Shown piece by piece: positions 39,836 through 53,515 of a DNA stretch of 64,000 nt. The position numbers were made by a program, and so were the translations under genes. The notes below the pieces were generated by a model. That model saw only the letters and a list, made by a program, of their open reading frames with translations, was not told the origin of the DNA and searched no databases. Where the stretch lies: the NCBI GenBank assembly GCA_002633005.1, contig NMRA01000460.1, positions 115,653 to 179,652 on the forward strand, written 5' to 3'. This stretch comes from Phoronis australis. Its lineage: Eukaryota > Animalia > Phoronida. Each line of letters opens with the position of its first letter. The stretch's first letter is position 1.

Positions 39836-42828
39836 GTTTCCGTAAGAGTCGTATGTGGACTCTGTTGGTGAGGGCTCTTTCGGAAAACCTCGCCACAGGT
39901 TTATCAGGAAATCGTTTGTTCTTGAACAGAAGATTAATACCGGGCAAAATGTAAGAGTAACTCAGGTTATTATTATTATTTTTATGTTTACAATTGCCAG
40001 ATTCTTCAAGTTACTTATACAAACATGATATTTTATGTTGGCAATTGGTAACAGATTCAACGTTCAAAAAACTACATTGTATATCTAAACTTGCGCATTA
40101 AATAATAGGTGGAAAGAAGATTGCAACAGGGAGATTCTGTCTGGAACACTCTATTCATCTCATGCGCAGAATTTATTTGTAACTTCATGAAAAAATCACC
40201 AAATTCAAGGGGATGACCTGAATGGAAATCACTCATTCAAAATATCTCAGTATGTCTATGACACTACTGTTTTCATCAAAGACAAGAGATCTGGAACTGA
40301 GTGTCTCAGATTTTTGGAACAATTTTGAAAGGTTTCAGGTCTTATCTAAATTACAAGACCATCAAACGCTTATTTTGGAACAAATCGAATTGAGTTGGAT
40401 CTTCTGAACTTTACACGGGAAATTAAGGTAGTAAAATTTGTTTCCGATCAGTAGAAACATGGGAAGAATTACAGTTACCTAAACTTCGATTTTGAAATAA
40501 ATATTGGTTAGCTATTCAAATGTGTGCCCTGACAGGACTCTGAGGAAGCTAGGCTCTGCTGACGCCAGTATGGCGTTCAATGGCACTTGCTTAAATATTC
40601 TGTATGAAAACGTGCCTTTGGTATCACAGATTTTGTGACATAATAAAAATGTTATTCGTGGCCGCAAATCTTTTTGTAGTGAAGAAGTCTTTGACCTTCA
40701 TGCTTCGTAGAATTTTAAAGATTGACGTTACCTCTTATTGTAGATGTTCAGGGTTTAAAGTACTAAGACTAAGACGCCGGATTTTTTAAAAGGTATTTTG
40801 TTGATGATTTGCAGTCAGTTATTAGTTAAAAGCATTGGAAGATTTTCTATCGTTCACCCAGGAGAAATGTGAAGTTTTTGATAGGGTTATTTATCAGCCA
40901 CAAGACACAATTGATCTTTTTCAATTAAAGTGGAAAACCAACCGATTTTTTCAAATTTTGGAATTAAAAGGGTATAGGGTTTTGTATATGATTTAATGGA
41001 TAACCGAGTATAGTTCTTGGAGTTGATGCAAAGCAATACAGTCAAAATGGGTCGGCGTAAGAAATCCCAGACACCGTGTTTCATCTGTTGCGTTGCAACG
41101 ATTACTAAAACGTAAGAAGGGTCGTATACCAATGTATGACTGTTGTGTTCAGCACAGGTATGTTAAACTGAAAATCTGGGCGTCTGAGTTCAAAATGACA
41201 TTGCTATATGTTGTAGATAAGTCCTTAGCCAGTTTTGGGGTTTGATTTTAAAGCTAAAAGTGTGTCAGTTTTAGCACACTTCTTGGCACAAATTTATAGG
41301 CTGTTACTTTGTTTATCATATTTATCCATATACGGCTTAATTCTAAATGTTATTTACAGACTCTGACTGTGCTCAGCCTGAATGGAACGGTTTTCAGAGA
41401 ACCCGGAAAGACGACGTCGCTACCTTCCGTGACAGGTCAGCGAAAACGCTTTCATTGTAAAATTGGTCAATATGAAAGGAGAAACCATGGCGCCAGTCGG
41501 ACTCAGCATCTCTGTACTCGATTACGTCATTGTAGTGTACAAAGAATCATCGAAGCATGACGAATTAATCAGTGGCTTTCCGACAGGGATTACTTATGGG
41601 CGTAATCCACTGTGAATGGAGTAAAATTGCAAGGGTTAATGATGATGATATTTTGACAAATTAGTCATTACAAGGTTTGGATAATTCGTGTTTGTAAAGT
41701 AAATATTTATTAATTAGAGCCAACAAATGCGAGGTGTACCAAAAACGACCTATTAATGAAGTCAAGGACGTAGACCCGCGGGTAGTTACGGCAAACTTAC
41801 GAAATGATAGAAAGAAGAACACTGAATTTGTAATATGGAATAGAGTTAAATGTTCTAGTTACGTAGAAAAATAAATTGCTAAATCAAGCACAGGACCAAT
41901 GCAATGATACTTTCAAGTACCACATAGATTGGAAAAAATAGAAAGTATGGTCCAATAATCAATGTGAAATTCATTATTTATTCAGATATAATTTTGCCAA
42001 ACTATTTGTGCATAATTATTAGAGTATAGCTATTACTATTGCTATAACTATTGTTGTTATCATTTCTTATGATATTGCTAAATTTCAGAACTTCTAAATG
42101 TGTGTTGAAAACCAGAAAGCAAAGCAGCCCACAGAAGCCTATTGAAGAAGAAGTTATTTGCTGTAAAAATAAACCTGAAAATGTACACGGCTCGAGCTTC
42201 TAACGATAAAACAAGAATAGACAAAAAAGAAATGCTGTTTCATCTGTGTATTGGTTTAAACCAGTAAGTCATCAAACAGTAATCGTTCATGCGACAAAAA
42301 TCACAACCAAGCCGTGATCATCAGGTATTACACACACAACTTACGAATGAACATCAAACGATTCCGCTGTTTGTTTACACCGGCAATTTTCTTCAATATG
42401 TATACTACGCGGCATTTCCCCCTTTCCATAGCTTTTGGAAAGATAATCGGTTTGCACGTATTGTAATTAGGCAGAAAGTATTTGCATTCAACCGTTTGTT
42501 GTCCGTATTACCTGGCGCTGAGTTTTTCAGTGGGTTTTACAAGGAGATTACCACGAAGCCACTGGTGTGGTCGTTTGATTTGATTGGCCGAGAAGGTGAG
42601 ACTCTTTGCCAAATAAGCGAGGACCATGGGGTGTGGGATCATTTGTCTTATTCGATTTGGAGAAGTGCACTTGACTCGCTATGATAATACACATGTAGCA
42701 CTAGGATCCCTGGATCGACTTGAGATAGCTGTGATAGGGTTTAGCTGTCGATTAACACTCGTACAGTACTCAATAACTGGAGAGACTAAATTTTTGTAAG
42801 ACGGGGCAGCGGACAAAATTGATAAAGA

Positions 42829-45800
42829 ATGGAATATCAACGGACTGGATTTATTTTGCTTATGTTTGTATGTTATGCCGTAACTCGTATTAGTTCTTGG
42901 TAAGTAACTCTCTTTTTAAGGGATTACCTGTTTACTAGATGTGTGCTATCTAATGCTGATTGCATTTCTCGTACAGTTTATTATTTTAGCGAGACAAATA
43001 CGACTCAAGTATGTGTGTACTTACCAACATAATGAAAAACAGGTAGCATAATGTATCATTATTTTCATCCTCTTTGAAATGTTTTTCCAACCATATACAG
43101 CTTTTAATTAATAAAAAGAACCGATTTCAACGATTTTGTTTATTTTTACAGGTCATTAAATGAAATTCTGATGACAGGTCAGAAGGTATGAATTTTGAAC
43201 TTTACCTTAACAGTATTAGCGTTAACTTAGACCATTTATTTTAGTTAGACAAATTACCAAAACCTGATAAATTATACATTGGCTGTAGTAAGATTCAAAC
43301 TGCCAGACGAAAGACATTTTATCGATTTTCCGACCGAAAATGCATTTTTGAGATTATAGGTGAATGGAATAGACTTCTTGAAGTTTTTAGCTTTGACCAG
43401 AGCTATAAAACATCAAAATCTGTGTTGTGTTTTTTGTTGTTTTTAATGCAAAATCGCTAATTCTTGTCGATGTTTGCCAAATATTCGCTGAAATCAAGAC
43501 CGGTGACTCTTAAAATACTCTGTCATTTTTCGAGAGGGATTCAGTTCCACCAGCAAAGCGTTGGGTTGCGACCACGGGGTTCCTAGTTTCGGGTTCACGC
43601 AGAGGCTGATCTCAAAAAATACTTTTTTCACCGATAATGTCCATTTGAAATAAACCTTAACAACTTTTTCAGTTTTTGGTTAGATAATTGCGTTTCTTAA
43701 TGATAACCACTTTACATTATTTCGTTGACTGTATTTTTGACGATTGCAACTACTGTCGTCATGATCTTGTTCTCGTGAAATGCTAAAGAACAATTGCTTT
43801 TCCACGTAGTTTTATAATTGATATTAGCTGGCAATCATTTTTGGGCATTTCCTCCTTTTATCTCTGAGAAAACACATTCAAAACCAGGCCACTCATATCA
43901 ATAAAATCTGCCTAAAAATTCATCACCGTGATAGGATTTGATTTCAGTTGTGACAAAGAAAACCCGGGCCTTTAGGAGTCAAAAACGTTTCGGAAAATAG
44001 TAAAGCCAGCCAGGAAAACGTGGTGAGCTAATTAGGACACTTTTCGAGTTCACATTCAGACATTAGTGCAAAATAAATTCAACTTTATACTTAACTAAAT
44101 AAATTTTACAATAGTTTTTTTTTCACATCAATGGGTCACACGTATGTCGACTACCAAAAATTGCTGAAACCAATTTATTTCCATAGACTTGAACCCCTTC
44201 TTGCTTTTCACATTTGACAAAATGTGAGCTTCTATTGTTATGTCATATATTAAGAGCTTGTAATTTTTAGTCATGGTTATGCATTCTTAAATATCTAACG
44301 CGTAAGAAGGTTCTGATGAAGTTCAAACGAACTGAATCAAATGCTCAGTTGATGGTTCGTGGTGTGAAACGCGAACATGACAGTCAAGTTGCAATATTGC
44401 GTTCGAGGGTAATCCATGAGTCGCACCTGCTTACCTTCATCAGCCACCTTCTAAGAACGGATACCCTTTGAACAATGTTAGATATTGGCGTAAACTGTCG
44501 TAGCATGATACCCGCCCTTTGTTAAACTGTTCCGAAATAATAGATTGTTTTCCTTAAACGTGACATTCGAGCCTTTTATGTGAGACGATTGCAATTAATC
44601 CAATTCACTGAGATTGTGACTGGAGCAGAATTTAATAGTTTTAGCAAATACAAAACTGGAAATGCAACCACCCATATTATATTTTAAGTGTGATAAGCTT
44701 TTCAGTAAATTTTTCTTGGGTTTTAGGCTTTTCTAGTGAAAACTTTTATGAGAGGACAAAATTCCTATATTTACCAGATAAGATAAACTTGAATTTTATC
44801 TCAATGTTTATTTATCCGTTAATATCAAGTTACGCTATCATCGTCCAAATATAAAAAGCCAGGCAAACACGAGTCAAAATAATACACTTGTTTAATGTTC
44901 AAACAAAACGGTACCATAAACCGTTTCCGTAATACGTTTCTTATTATCAAATTACAGTTAATGCTATATTGTGGTTCTTAATCATTCACAAAATTCTGTA
45001 TTCAGCTTGAAACCTTTTTTGCATTTCATTAAAGGTTCAGGTCTTATCCATTTCTGTTCACCCCCTTGCAATTAAAGGCCACTGTGGTGTCATCAATCAT
45101 AGATAAATTTTAAAATAACTTTTGAGAAGTCTGTGTACGTCTTTACATTCTATCTAGCTAAAATTATAAGGCACGACCCACGGTTTAAAATCTCTAAACT
45201 CACACTAGACTCGGGCTCAAATTTAAAAGTTTTAACTTTCAAGGCTGTGCTTGAACCAATTATACCGCATCAGATGAGTATAAACCTATAAGTTTACTAG
45301 AAGCGATATGAAATTAGTTAATTTATAAATTGATTTTCGAGTGTAGACCCCGAGCCCAAGTCACTCTACTACTCAAAATACGACTTGGAGCATGCGATGA
45401 AAAACCATTTCCATTTCCAAACTTTTCTTAAAGTGCATCGACAGGAACAGAAAAGAGTCGAAAAGCCATCAGCCTTGACCGAGTAGGGCTACTATCAACC
45501 AATCAATCAACCAGTCAATCAACCTTATCAATCAATCGCCAATGATCTGTCAATTCCCTCAACTTCAGTTATGGCGAGGACTTTTTGTGACCAGTTTGTT
45601 AGAGTTAAACATTCATTTTCGACGGAAACGCCCGTTTAAATTAAGTGGCTTGAAAATCTACACTTGTTGTGTCTTGTTAGACAAAACAAGCATTGCCTAC
45701 TTATGTTCCTGTGCCTTAAAATTTGGCATCAAAGACAAGGAAAACCCCAGAGTTCGAACAAAGCCAAGCTTTAGCACTGTAAACGCTTAGTTATTTTGTT

Positions 45801-48800
45801 GAGTAAGAAAGAAGTACACAATAGACGCACACAAAAATGTTTTGTGCAACTGACAGCTCGAATCTGTATCATTGTTACACGACTGACAGACCCGACAATC
45901 CGTGCAGAAAGGATCCTATTGATTTATCCTTCAATGGCACAGTTCGTCTGCAATTTGTATTAGCTATCGTTTGATTTCTGTGAAGCGCATTAAGTTTGCC
46001 CAGTCTGGAATGCATTTGACGGAGGATTGGTTTTTCTTAATACAGATATGGGTAAGAACGAGACGAACGCCGAAATTCCCAAAATATAGTTACACAAATA
46101 GTAGCATATCCTCATCCGCTGTATAGAAGAATCTCGTGTAATTCTAAGTAATTGTTTAGAAACTGATCAAGCGTACTGAGGAGAAATACTTCATAGGCTT
46201 CTATGCGAGTCTTTGCTGTGATTGTTCCTCAGAGAGCGTATAGGGTTAATCGCATTTCTTTGCCATTTTCCGTCTAATTTCAAAACATAATATAGACAGC
46301 CAGTACTTGACCATGGCATTATATAGGCTTCGTTTATACACACGGAATACTCAAGGAAAATATGTAACAGCACTTGTTACTCAAAAAGCCTTAGGGTGGA
46401 TTAAACCCGATCTCATCGCAACTTTGATATTCAGACCCCATTGACGCTTTGCGATGCCCACAACTTTGTCATGGCTATCTGTACACGTGAATGTTAACTT
46501 TGTTCCATCAAGTTCGCTTATGCTGTCCTTTTTGATCATCGTGTATCACTTACATTTACGTTTCATTTCAAATACAAGTCTCATTGTATTTTTGTATTCA
46601 GATTAGTTGGCACTCTACACAATTATACGCACATTTTTCACAAACACTTCATCGGCCATTCAAATTGATATTGTTAACTGCATTCACTAGATCTATGTAA
46701 AAAAACTATTGATGAAAAGTCCAATTTTTCGCTTGGGTTATTCTTCACAAATTCAGGGTACGTGTGTAGAAATGAAATTAGCGTGCGGGGAACTTTAGCA
46801 GAGCCTCGATTGCTTTTATTGTGTCCGGATTAAGCAACGCAGTTAGGTATAAAATCCCTTTTGGGCATTTCTTCCATTAATTCTTATAAAGACACGGTTT
46901 TATACCCCGTTTTATACAATGTTGAGCCTACGCCGTGGGCTAGCACCAGTATGGATGTCTCGCATTAGAAAATAACACCAACTCAGTTGATCCGCCGTAA
47001 TAGTCGAGAATGTCACGCTAGTTCTTAAGTCGGACTTGTCTTTCTTGTCAGGATGGTATAAATAGGGCTATTCTTTTGCTACTAGGTATTGGCAATTTAG
47101 ATATTAGACTAGTGATTAAAATTAAATGCTTCAGTTTGCGGAAAACTTATGGAGAATAAAAAGTGAGTCACTTTTCTGAATGATGACGCTTTAATGGACG
47201 ATTGGTCAACAAGAATGCAAATTGTCATAGGATTTTGCGATGTCGCCCGTGTTAACACTTAAGTCCTATCGTTAGTTGATAGGCGTTGTATAACCATGAC
47301 GTCTATTCATGGAAACCCACCCACTTTTAACTCAACAGAAGTTCCAGTAGTGTACAAAATAAAAGTTAGAGGACTGAAACCATTACTACGAAAACGTGCA
47401 CGAATAGAAGAGCCAGAGCATCTAAAAATACACAGTAAATCAAAGCAACATCAAAGTCGTTTTCCTTGTCTGTGACAATAACACTGGGGTTCGTTCAGCG
47501 ATAAGGTAAAATATCGCCTCAGTAGGATACAATAAGGGAAATAAGTTTATAGTTTACTTAAAATTGCTAAAAATTAGTATCATTGCGTAAAGAATAAATT
47601 ATTTAATATAGCCAGATTTATCGTCGATCATCAAAATAAACTATGGATACATGGTAAGGATATAACAGTCAGTTGAACCCAGAGTCACCTGTGAATTACC
47701 CAGTGAAAATTATGAATAAATGAATTATAACAAATATACAGTGAGTATGGAGAAATAAATGGACAGACACGATGAAGAAGTTATTACTCATGAGCAAAAT
47801 TAAGATGATAAATAACAGAAAGTTACATAATCGTGGTTCGAAAACTTTACCGAAGTCTTAAACAGATTTACAAATATAACAATTGGCGATGGTGCAGTCA
47901 AAGCAACAGTTTTTAAAGGGACATTGTAGGACTTACGACTGAAAATGCATTTATGGAACAACTTAGCTTACGTATACAAAGGATCCTTTGTCAAATGCAC
48001 TTTTGTGTTTGTCTTCCAGGCACATCTCACGTTTTCCGAAAGTGTTGCTGCTGGTGTCCAGCAAGGATCAGACGAGTGTCGCTACCAGTTTCGGTGGGAC
48101 AGATGGAATTGTCCGCAGACGGTGTTTACTTCAAGTCATATGCCTAAAGGTATATTTCTGTGGTGCGATGATCTTAGATCGGGGTTAATCCATATTAAAA
48201 TAGTTAGATTCTCCACTTACTTCGTTGTTAATGCATTTTATTGCCATACACCTTCGAATTGTTCTTATTTTGATTATTTAGGAAATTCTTTCCAAAATTC
48301 AACGACATAAACTGCAATTCAGCCGTTTTTTAGTATTTCTTTATATTTATCTCTTTAAGCACTTCACTGATTTTCTACCTATCTGATTTATTTCATTTCA
48401 ACTTCGTTTTACGTATGGCTTACTATAAAATTTAACTTCAGAATGTGAGACACTTTGCTTAATAATGGAATCTTCTAAACAAACAAACAAACTCATTTAA
48501 ATCTTTTGCTCCTTTTCAGCTATACGTGAGACGGCGTTTGTTCACGCAATCAGCTCTGCTGCTGTGATGTACACTCTAACACGAAACTGTAGCAAGGGCG
48601 ATTTTGACAACTGTGGATGTGATTCCAATATGGTCGGAAAGAACAAAGGTCAGTGAAAATAAACATTTTTAGTTGCAAATGCGCACAAACGCGCGCGTTG
48701 GATTGACAAAGCCGATAAAGTACAATATTCAAAGAGATATATTTGCTTTTGTTAATATTTCTCTTTATCCTATTTTCACCAGTTTAGAACGTAGGACTTT

Positions 48801-50613
48801 CACCAATCAGATAGTGTATCTAAAATCTAAGCATGTCCTAAACTGCTGTCATGTGTGTATTTTTGTTCATTTACAAGGTACAGAAAGTGTTATTTCGGGG
48901 CTCATCATTAGAAAGTCTTGCATTAACCATGTTTATTAAAAAACAATTAAACATCCAAAAAGCGTGTTAATTAAACGCTCTGTCTTGTACCTGTTTTCTC
49001 CTATTGTTTTAGAATACCGAATTAGTTCGCTCAAAATGGTATTTCGTGGCGTTGCTTTCACAAAATTCTAGACCTGAACTAAAATCTTAAATCAATTTAA
49101 TTTTATTTTGATGAATTAATGAAACAGATACAACCTCTCTATGAACAACAGTCGGGTAAGAAGTCAAATCTTTGATCGGTTATACTATCCTCCGGCAAAG
49201 GGCCTGTGTATTTAGCTATGGTAGGCGTCACACCGTGTGCGGGTTCGTGAGTACATGCAGAGAATGACTCTTTTCTGTGTGGAACACATATTTCTCTGCA
49301 AACTTAAAAAATATGCTTACGACGTGCTGTAGAGCAGACCGTCAGCATTCTACCATTTGACTGCATTTTCACGGATGTTGATTTTCATGCACTTCCTCCT
49401 ACATCTCAGAGATTTTGTCCTGACTGTCAAACACATACCGTCACCACTTAGCCATTTGACCATACTTTCCGGGATTCTGGCTAGGGGATTTCTGGCCCTC
49501 CAGCACTTCAAAAGGGATTTCGAACAAACTTTAAAGAAATTTGCCTACGAAGTGCCATGGCGCATATAACGATTCATCCTTGAATTTTAGCCTGCTCGTA
49601 ATTTTCACATATCTACGTAGAGAAATTATATTCTGTGCGCAACCTCCAACCGGACCTTCGGCAAGGGATAATGACGTCTTTGACAGCATTGTTTTGTCTT
49701 TTAGCCGGTCCTAACTGGGAGTGGGGCGGATGCAGTGATAATGTCAAGTTTGGTGATCGCATATCGAGAACGTTTGTGGATGCGCTGGAACGAGGAAAGG
49801 ACACCCAAGCAGCCATCATTCTTCATAATAATGAGGCAGGTCGAAAGGTAACCACAGATTTCAGATCTTGTAGCCAGTGAACATCGGTACGAAACATAAC
49901 ATACGCAGTGCACTAATTGACGAAGAATTTATAAAATTTGATATCTAAATTTGAACGTTGTTATTCAGAGTATCACGAGAATTTACCGATTTTTTCTAGT
50001 AAAAGTGATATTCTGATTACAATTAACTAATCTGTAGAGTGTCATAAATCGGAACATTTATGTAAATTGCTGTTTTTTTCTTTGTCAGGCAGTGTACAAA
50101 ACGTTGAAATTGATTTGCAAGTGTCACGGGGTCTCGGGCAGCTGTGCAACGCAAACATGTTGGAGGCAATTGGCGGAGTTCCGTGAAATTGGCGACTTCT
50201 TAAAGAAGAAATATCTCAAGTCAGTACAAGTCGACTACCAGAACGGAAAACTTCAACGAGGCCGCAATCAGAGGGCGCTCTCAACGATTTCCAGGTCCGA
50301 CTTGATCTACCTCGAAGATTCTCCAGATTACTGTCGTGTGAACACTTCGGCGAATGTTTACGGTACGATCGGAAGAGAATGTAGTCGACCAAAGGATAAG
50401 ACGAAAGAAAATCGGTACGAGAGAAGAAGCTGTAATCGTATTTGCACTTCGTGCGGTTTGAAAGTACGCAAACACTACGTCCAAGTTCGCCAAAGTTGTA
50501 ACTGTAAATTTCACTGGTGTTGTGCCGTCAAATGCGAGGAGTGTGTTCAAACCGTGTTGAAATTAACGTGTATGCCCGGCTCCAAGGTTCGCAGATCAGT
50601 TTTAAGCTTGTAA
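42829..50613 (+). CDS. WNT8: Wnt8 subfamily ligand, 6 coding exons, 343 aa
   Basis: Exons: 42829-42899 (signal peptide MEYQRTGFILLMFVCYAVTRISS), 43152-43185 (WSLNEILMTGQK), 48020-48149 (AHLTFSESVAAGVQQGSDECRYQFRWDRWNCP), 48520-48648 (RETAFVHAISSAAVMYTLTRNCSKGDFDNCGCD), 49705-49847 (WEWGGCSDNVKFG...HNNEAGRK), 50089-50613 (CKCHGVSGSC...CNCKFHWCC). The N-terminus WS.N..L.TG.KA.LT...SVA.G and TLTRNCS.GDF are Wnt8-type. Confidence 0.93.
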
Positions 50614-50744
50614 ATAATACGTTATCGTATCAAGCTGAAACGAAAAGTACACGTCATGTTTTTATGAATTTGTGAAACATCGAGTCCCCCTCTCCCACGA
50701 GTTATGTTCAGATACTGGATGGGCCTCGCGCTCAGATAATCCGG

Positions 50745-50882
50745 GATTGCATTCTGTGGACCAAAGACAATTGCTAAAAAGGTTTTGTGATCACATGCTT
50801 CACTTGTAATGAATAGCGATATCTCGAGAAAGCTTGCGAGATCTTGTGTTTCGCGATTTTTTTGCCTCTACGGAACGCAGGC
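50745..50882. mobile_element. Possible degenerate MITE just downstream of the Wnt8 stop codon
   Basis: Imperfect inverted ends TGCATTCTGTGGA / TCTACGGAACGCA; internal TCTCGAGA and GCGAGATC motifs resemble those in the 39679 family. Confidence 0.4.
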
Positions 50883-52587
50883 ATGTTATCGGTGTCTCTT
50901 ATAGTGATCGTAGAATAGTAGTCAGCTGAAGTCGCAAGCTGCCATGATACAGCTGGTTACAAATATAAATTATTTTATTGTGATATCATATGTATATTGG
51001 TGTTATATATTTTGTTATGCAAATACATTATTATCTAGTAGAAAAACACCTTTTCTACGGTTTTATGTTATCCAGCAACTGGTCCATAAACAACAACGTA
51101 AATCATAATGCATACCGTTTAATTTTGAAAAAAAAATCTGCTACGAGTATTTTGCAATTTTTAATTTTAAGACACCCTTCCTTTTTGTTTTGGTTATTGG
51201 GAATAACACATTTGCTTCTGACGTCAATCAGTCATGAAATGATTAAGATAAACTTCCTTTCCACACACTCTGCTTCTTAAATAGTACCTTATCGATAAGT
51301 CTGTGTATTTTGCCAAATATCTACAAAGCACTGATTGAACTCAGTACAAGTACATATTTTCTGAATGTAAAAAGCCTGGAAAATGTTTGGCAATCTCCTC
51401 TGCCATTAATTGGGTCACGTGAAAAAGTTTTTTTTTTGTAGAATCCAGCAAAAGGCTAAAGGTGTATTGACAATAAAAGAACGATGTCAACAGCGTGACT
51501 AAATTTTGCTTGATGTAAATGTTAAAGATGAAATATCCAAAACGCTGTTACAGTTTTCTAAAATGTGATTTCGTTTTCGATCTATGCAACTCGAGTTTTT
51601 CATGAAAATCATAAAAGTGCTATATTTGATTCTCCCTTATGAAAAAATTAAACAGTTTGAAAAACAATTCCTACAACAGTTTTGCAGAACAGCGCATAAT
51701 GCATAGTATCTAAAAGCTTTATATGAATCCGATCAGCCATTTCCTAGAAATTGTTTTCCAAAGTTAGCCAGATTTAGACATTTTCTGTGATAAAACATCT
51801 TAACTTAAAGTATACTACGTAAGCGTATTAAATTACCTGCCACGAGGCGCTTTGATTAAATGTATCTTAATCGTTAACAATTAAGTTTTGGAACTGAGAA
51901 CCTCAGTGTTGATTAATTTCGTTATGGTATATTTATTTCATTTTGAAGTTTCTTAAGTGACCTATATCAAAGATTAAATAAGTATTTAATGCCTATATTT
52001 ATTAGAATAATCAGTGTCCGATCAGAGCTGACCGTTTTAACTCATATTAAATTTATTAGGCCTACCAATGTCATGCAAAATCAAACCACTGCAATCAGTG
52101 ATGCTGGCAAATTTGACAACACTTGGATGACAATTCCTCATATATTCTACGAAAAGAAAAGTGATGCACGCGGATGTGCCAGTCCAGGAAACTTGTTATT
52201 TCCCATAACACCGGCTAAGACACCTAGCTGATTGCTTCTCGATGACAACTTTGGTATACCGGCACCAATCTGTCTCCCGTGCAGTAAAGCTAGGACCCCG
52301 CTAGAAAGCAAAACATCGCGAGATCATTGCCTGAGGTATTGACGTGACTTTTTTGACTAGATTTTAGCTAGGTCCGGTACTAGCGTTGCACGCCAGGTGT
52401 CTTAGCTGGTTGACACGGAAGGACTAGACTGACTGGCGAAGTCAATCAAGTGTGGACAATGTTGAATACTGGCGCTAAATGTCTAAACAGTCGAAAGAAT
52501 GAGAAAAGGAAGAGAATCCCTTTTGACAGAACGCGTGATTTCAGTTTCCATCCACTCCAGCGGATTGGCTCGTTGGCATTGTCAACT

Positions 52588-53041
52588 TTGTCCCAAAAAT
52601 TAAAGTGAGTCACTTTTTGACAAATAATTTCTCAGCAACAGATAAACCTATTTTTTTCAAATTTTTTACAGACCAACCTTAGGACATCGATCAGTACAAA
52701 TCAGTGTACAAAATATCTGTGTCCAATTGTGCGAGTACTGTCATATTAAAAACAGATCAGGTCAAAACGTAAAATATCAAAGGGAAGCTCGCTTATTCTA
52801 TGCTAAATGTGGCATCCTTCCTCCACGACTAAACGGAGCCGTTCATCCACTCTAGAAATGCTTTTCGGCGCTGTTTTGAATTTCACAGTGACTTCCATAA
52901 TTTTTTATATTTCTCTGAGATACGTTGTAGACTTGTTGAAGACACCCTGAAGATACCTTGCAAAAAAATGAACGAAATTCGGCTGGTTAATTATTGAGAA
53001 ATTATTTGTCAAAAAATGTCCCACCGTTTTTGGGAAACCCG
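52588..53041. mobile_element. Tc1/mariner-like MITE
   Basis: Inverted ends TCCCAAAAA...TTTTTGACAAATAATTTCTCA and TGAGAAATTATTTGTCAAAAA...TTTTTGGGA. Confidence 0.6.
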
Positions 53042-53207
53042 TGCCTCCCGTTCAGCCTGCCTGAGTAACGCTTGGACCTCGCTATAAAGCAAGACTTCGC
53101 GAGATTACGAGAGATATTGCTGTGTATTTTAAATGAGAACACGTAGTGTTGACTAGATTTTAGCTAGGTCCTAGCGTAGGTCCTAGCGTGTACTGAACGC
53201 ACGCCTG
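53042..53207 (-). mobile_element. MITE, copy 2, inverted relative to 39679-39835
   Basis: AAAGCAAGACTTCGCGAGATTACG...GACTAGATTTTAGCTAGGTCCTAGCGTAGGTCC matches copy 1. Confidence 0.8.
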
Positions 53208-53279
53208 ATATATATTGCTCATACTGGGGCCAACAAAAATACAAGGAATCGTCCATCATTTGTCACCACTAGGCGTCTC

Positions 53280-53335
53280 ACCTAACACCGGAAATGGCTG
53301 CTCTTGAGGAACTTCGCCGACTTTGCAAGGTCAAC
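53280..53335 (+). promoter_or_regulatory. Probable NPRL3 promoter and non-coding first exon
   Basis: Overlapping ETS and YY1-like motif CCGGAAATGGC at about 53289, about 225 bp upstream of the NPRL3 ATG. A possible donor follows at 53330. Confidence 0.5.
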
Positions 53336-53515
53336 AAGATAAGACCTATGATTGGCCTATGAGTCTAAAGTTGTCATAAAAAGCCAACCAGATGCATTAG
53401 CCGTATGACCCGCAGAACCGGTGAAGTCCATCAAATGCTACCACTGTGAGAGGGCGCTATTGCTTGTCAACAGAGGATTTTAGTTTCGTAAAGTGCAGGT
53501 GCAAATCTCGGGCTA

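Noticed and set aside
44305-44360. CTGATGA-AGTTC/GAACT hairpin, hammerhead-like
   Set aside because: The core reads GAAT rather than GAAA, and there is no valid NUH site or stem I.
45494-45537. (ATCA/ACCA)n tract in a Wnt8 intron
   Set aside because: An ordinary degenerate microsatellite with no further structure.
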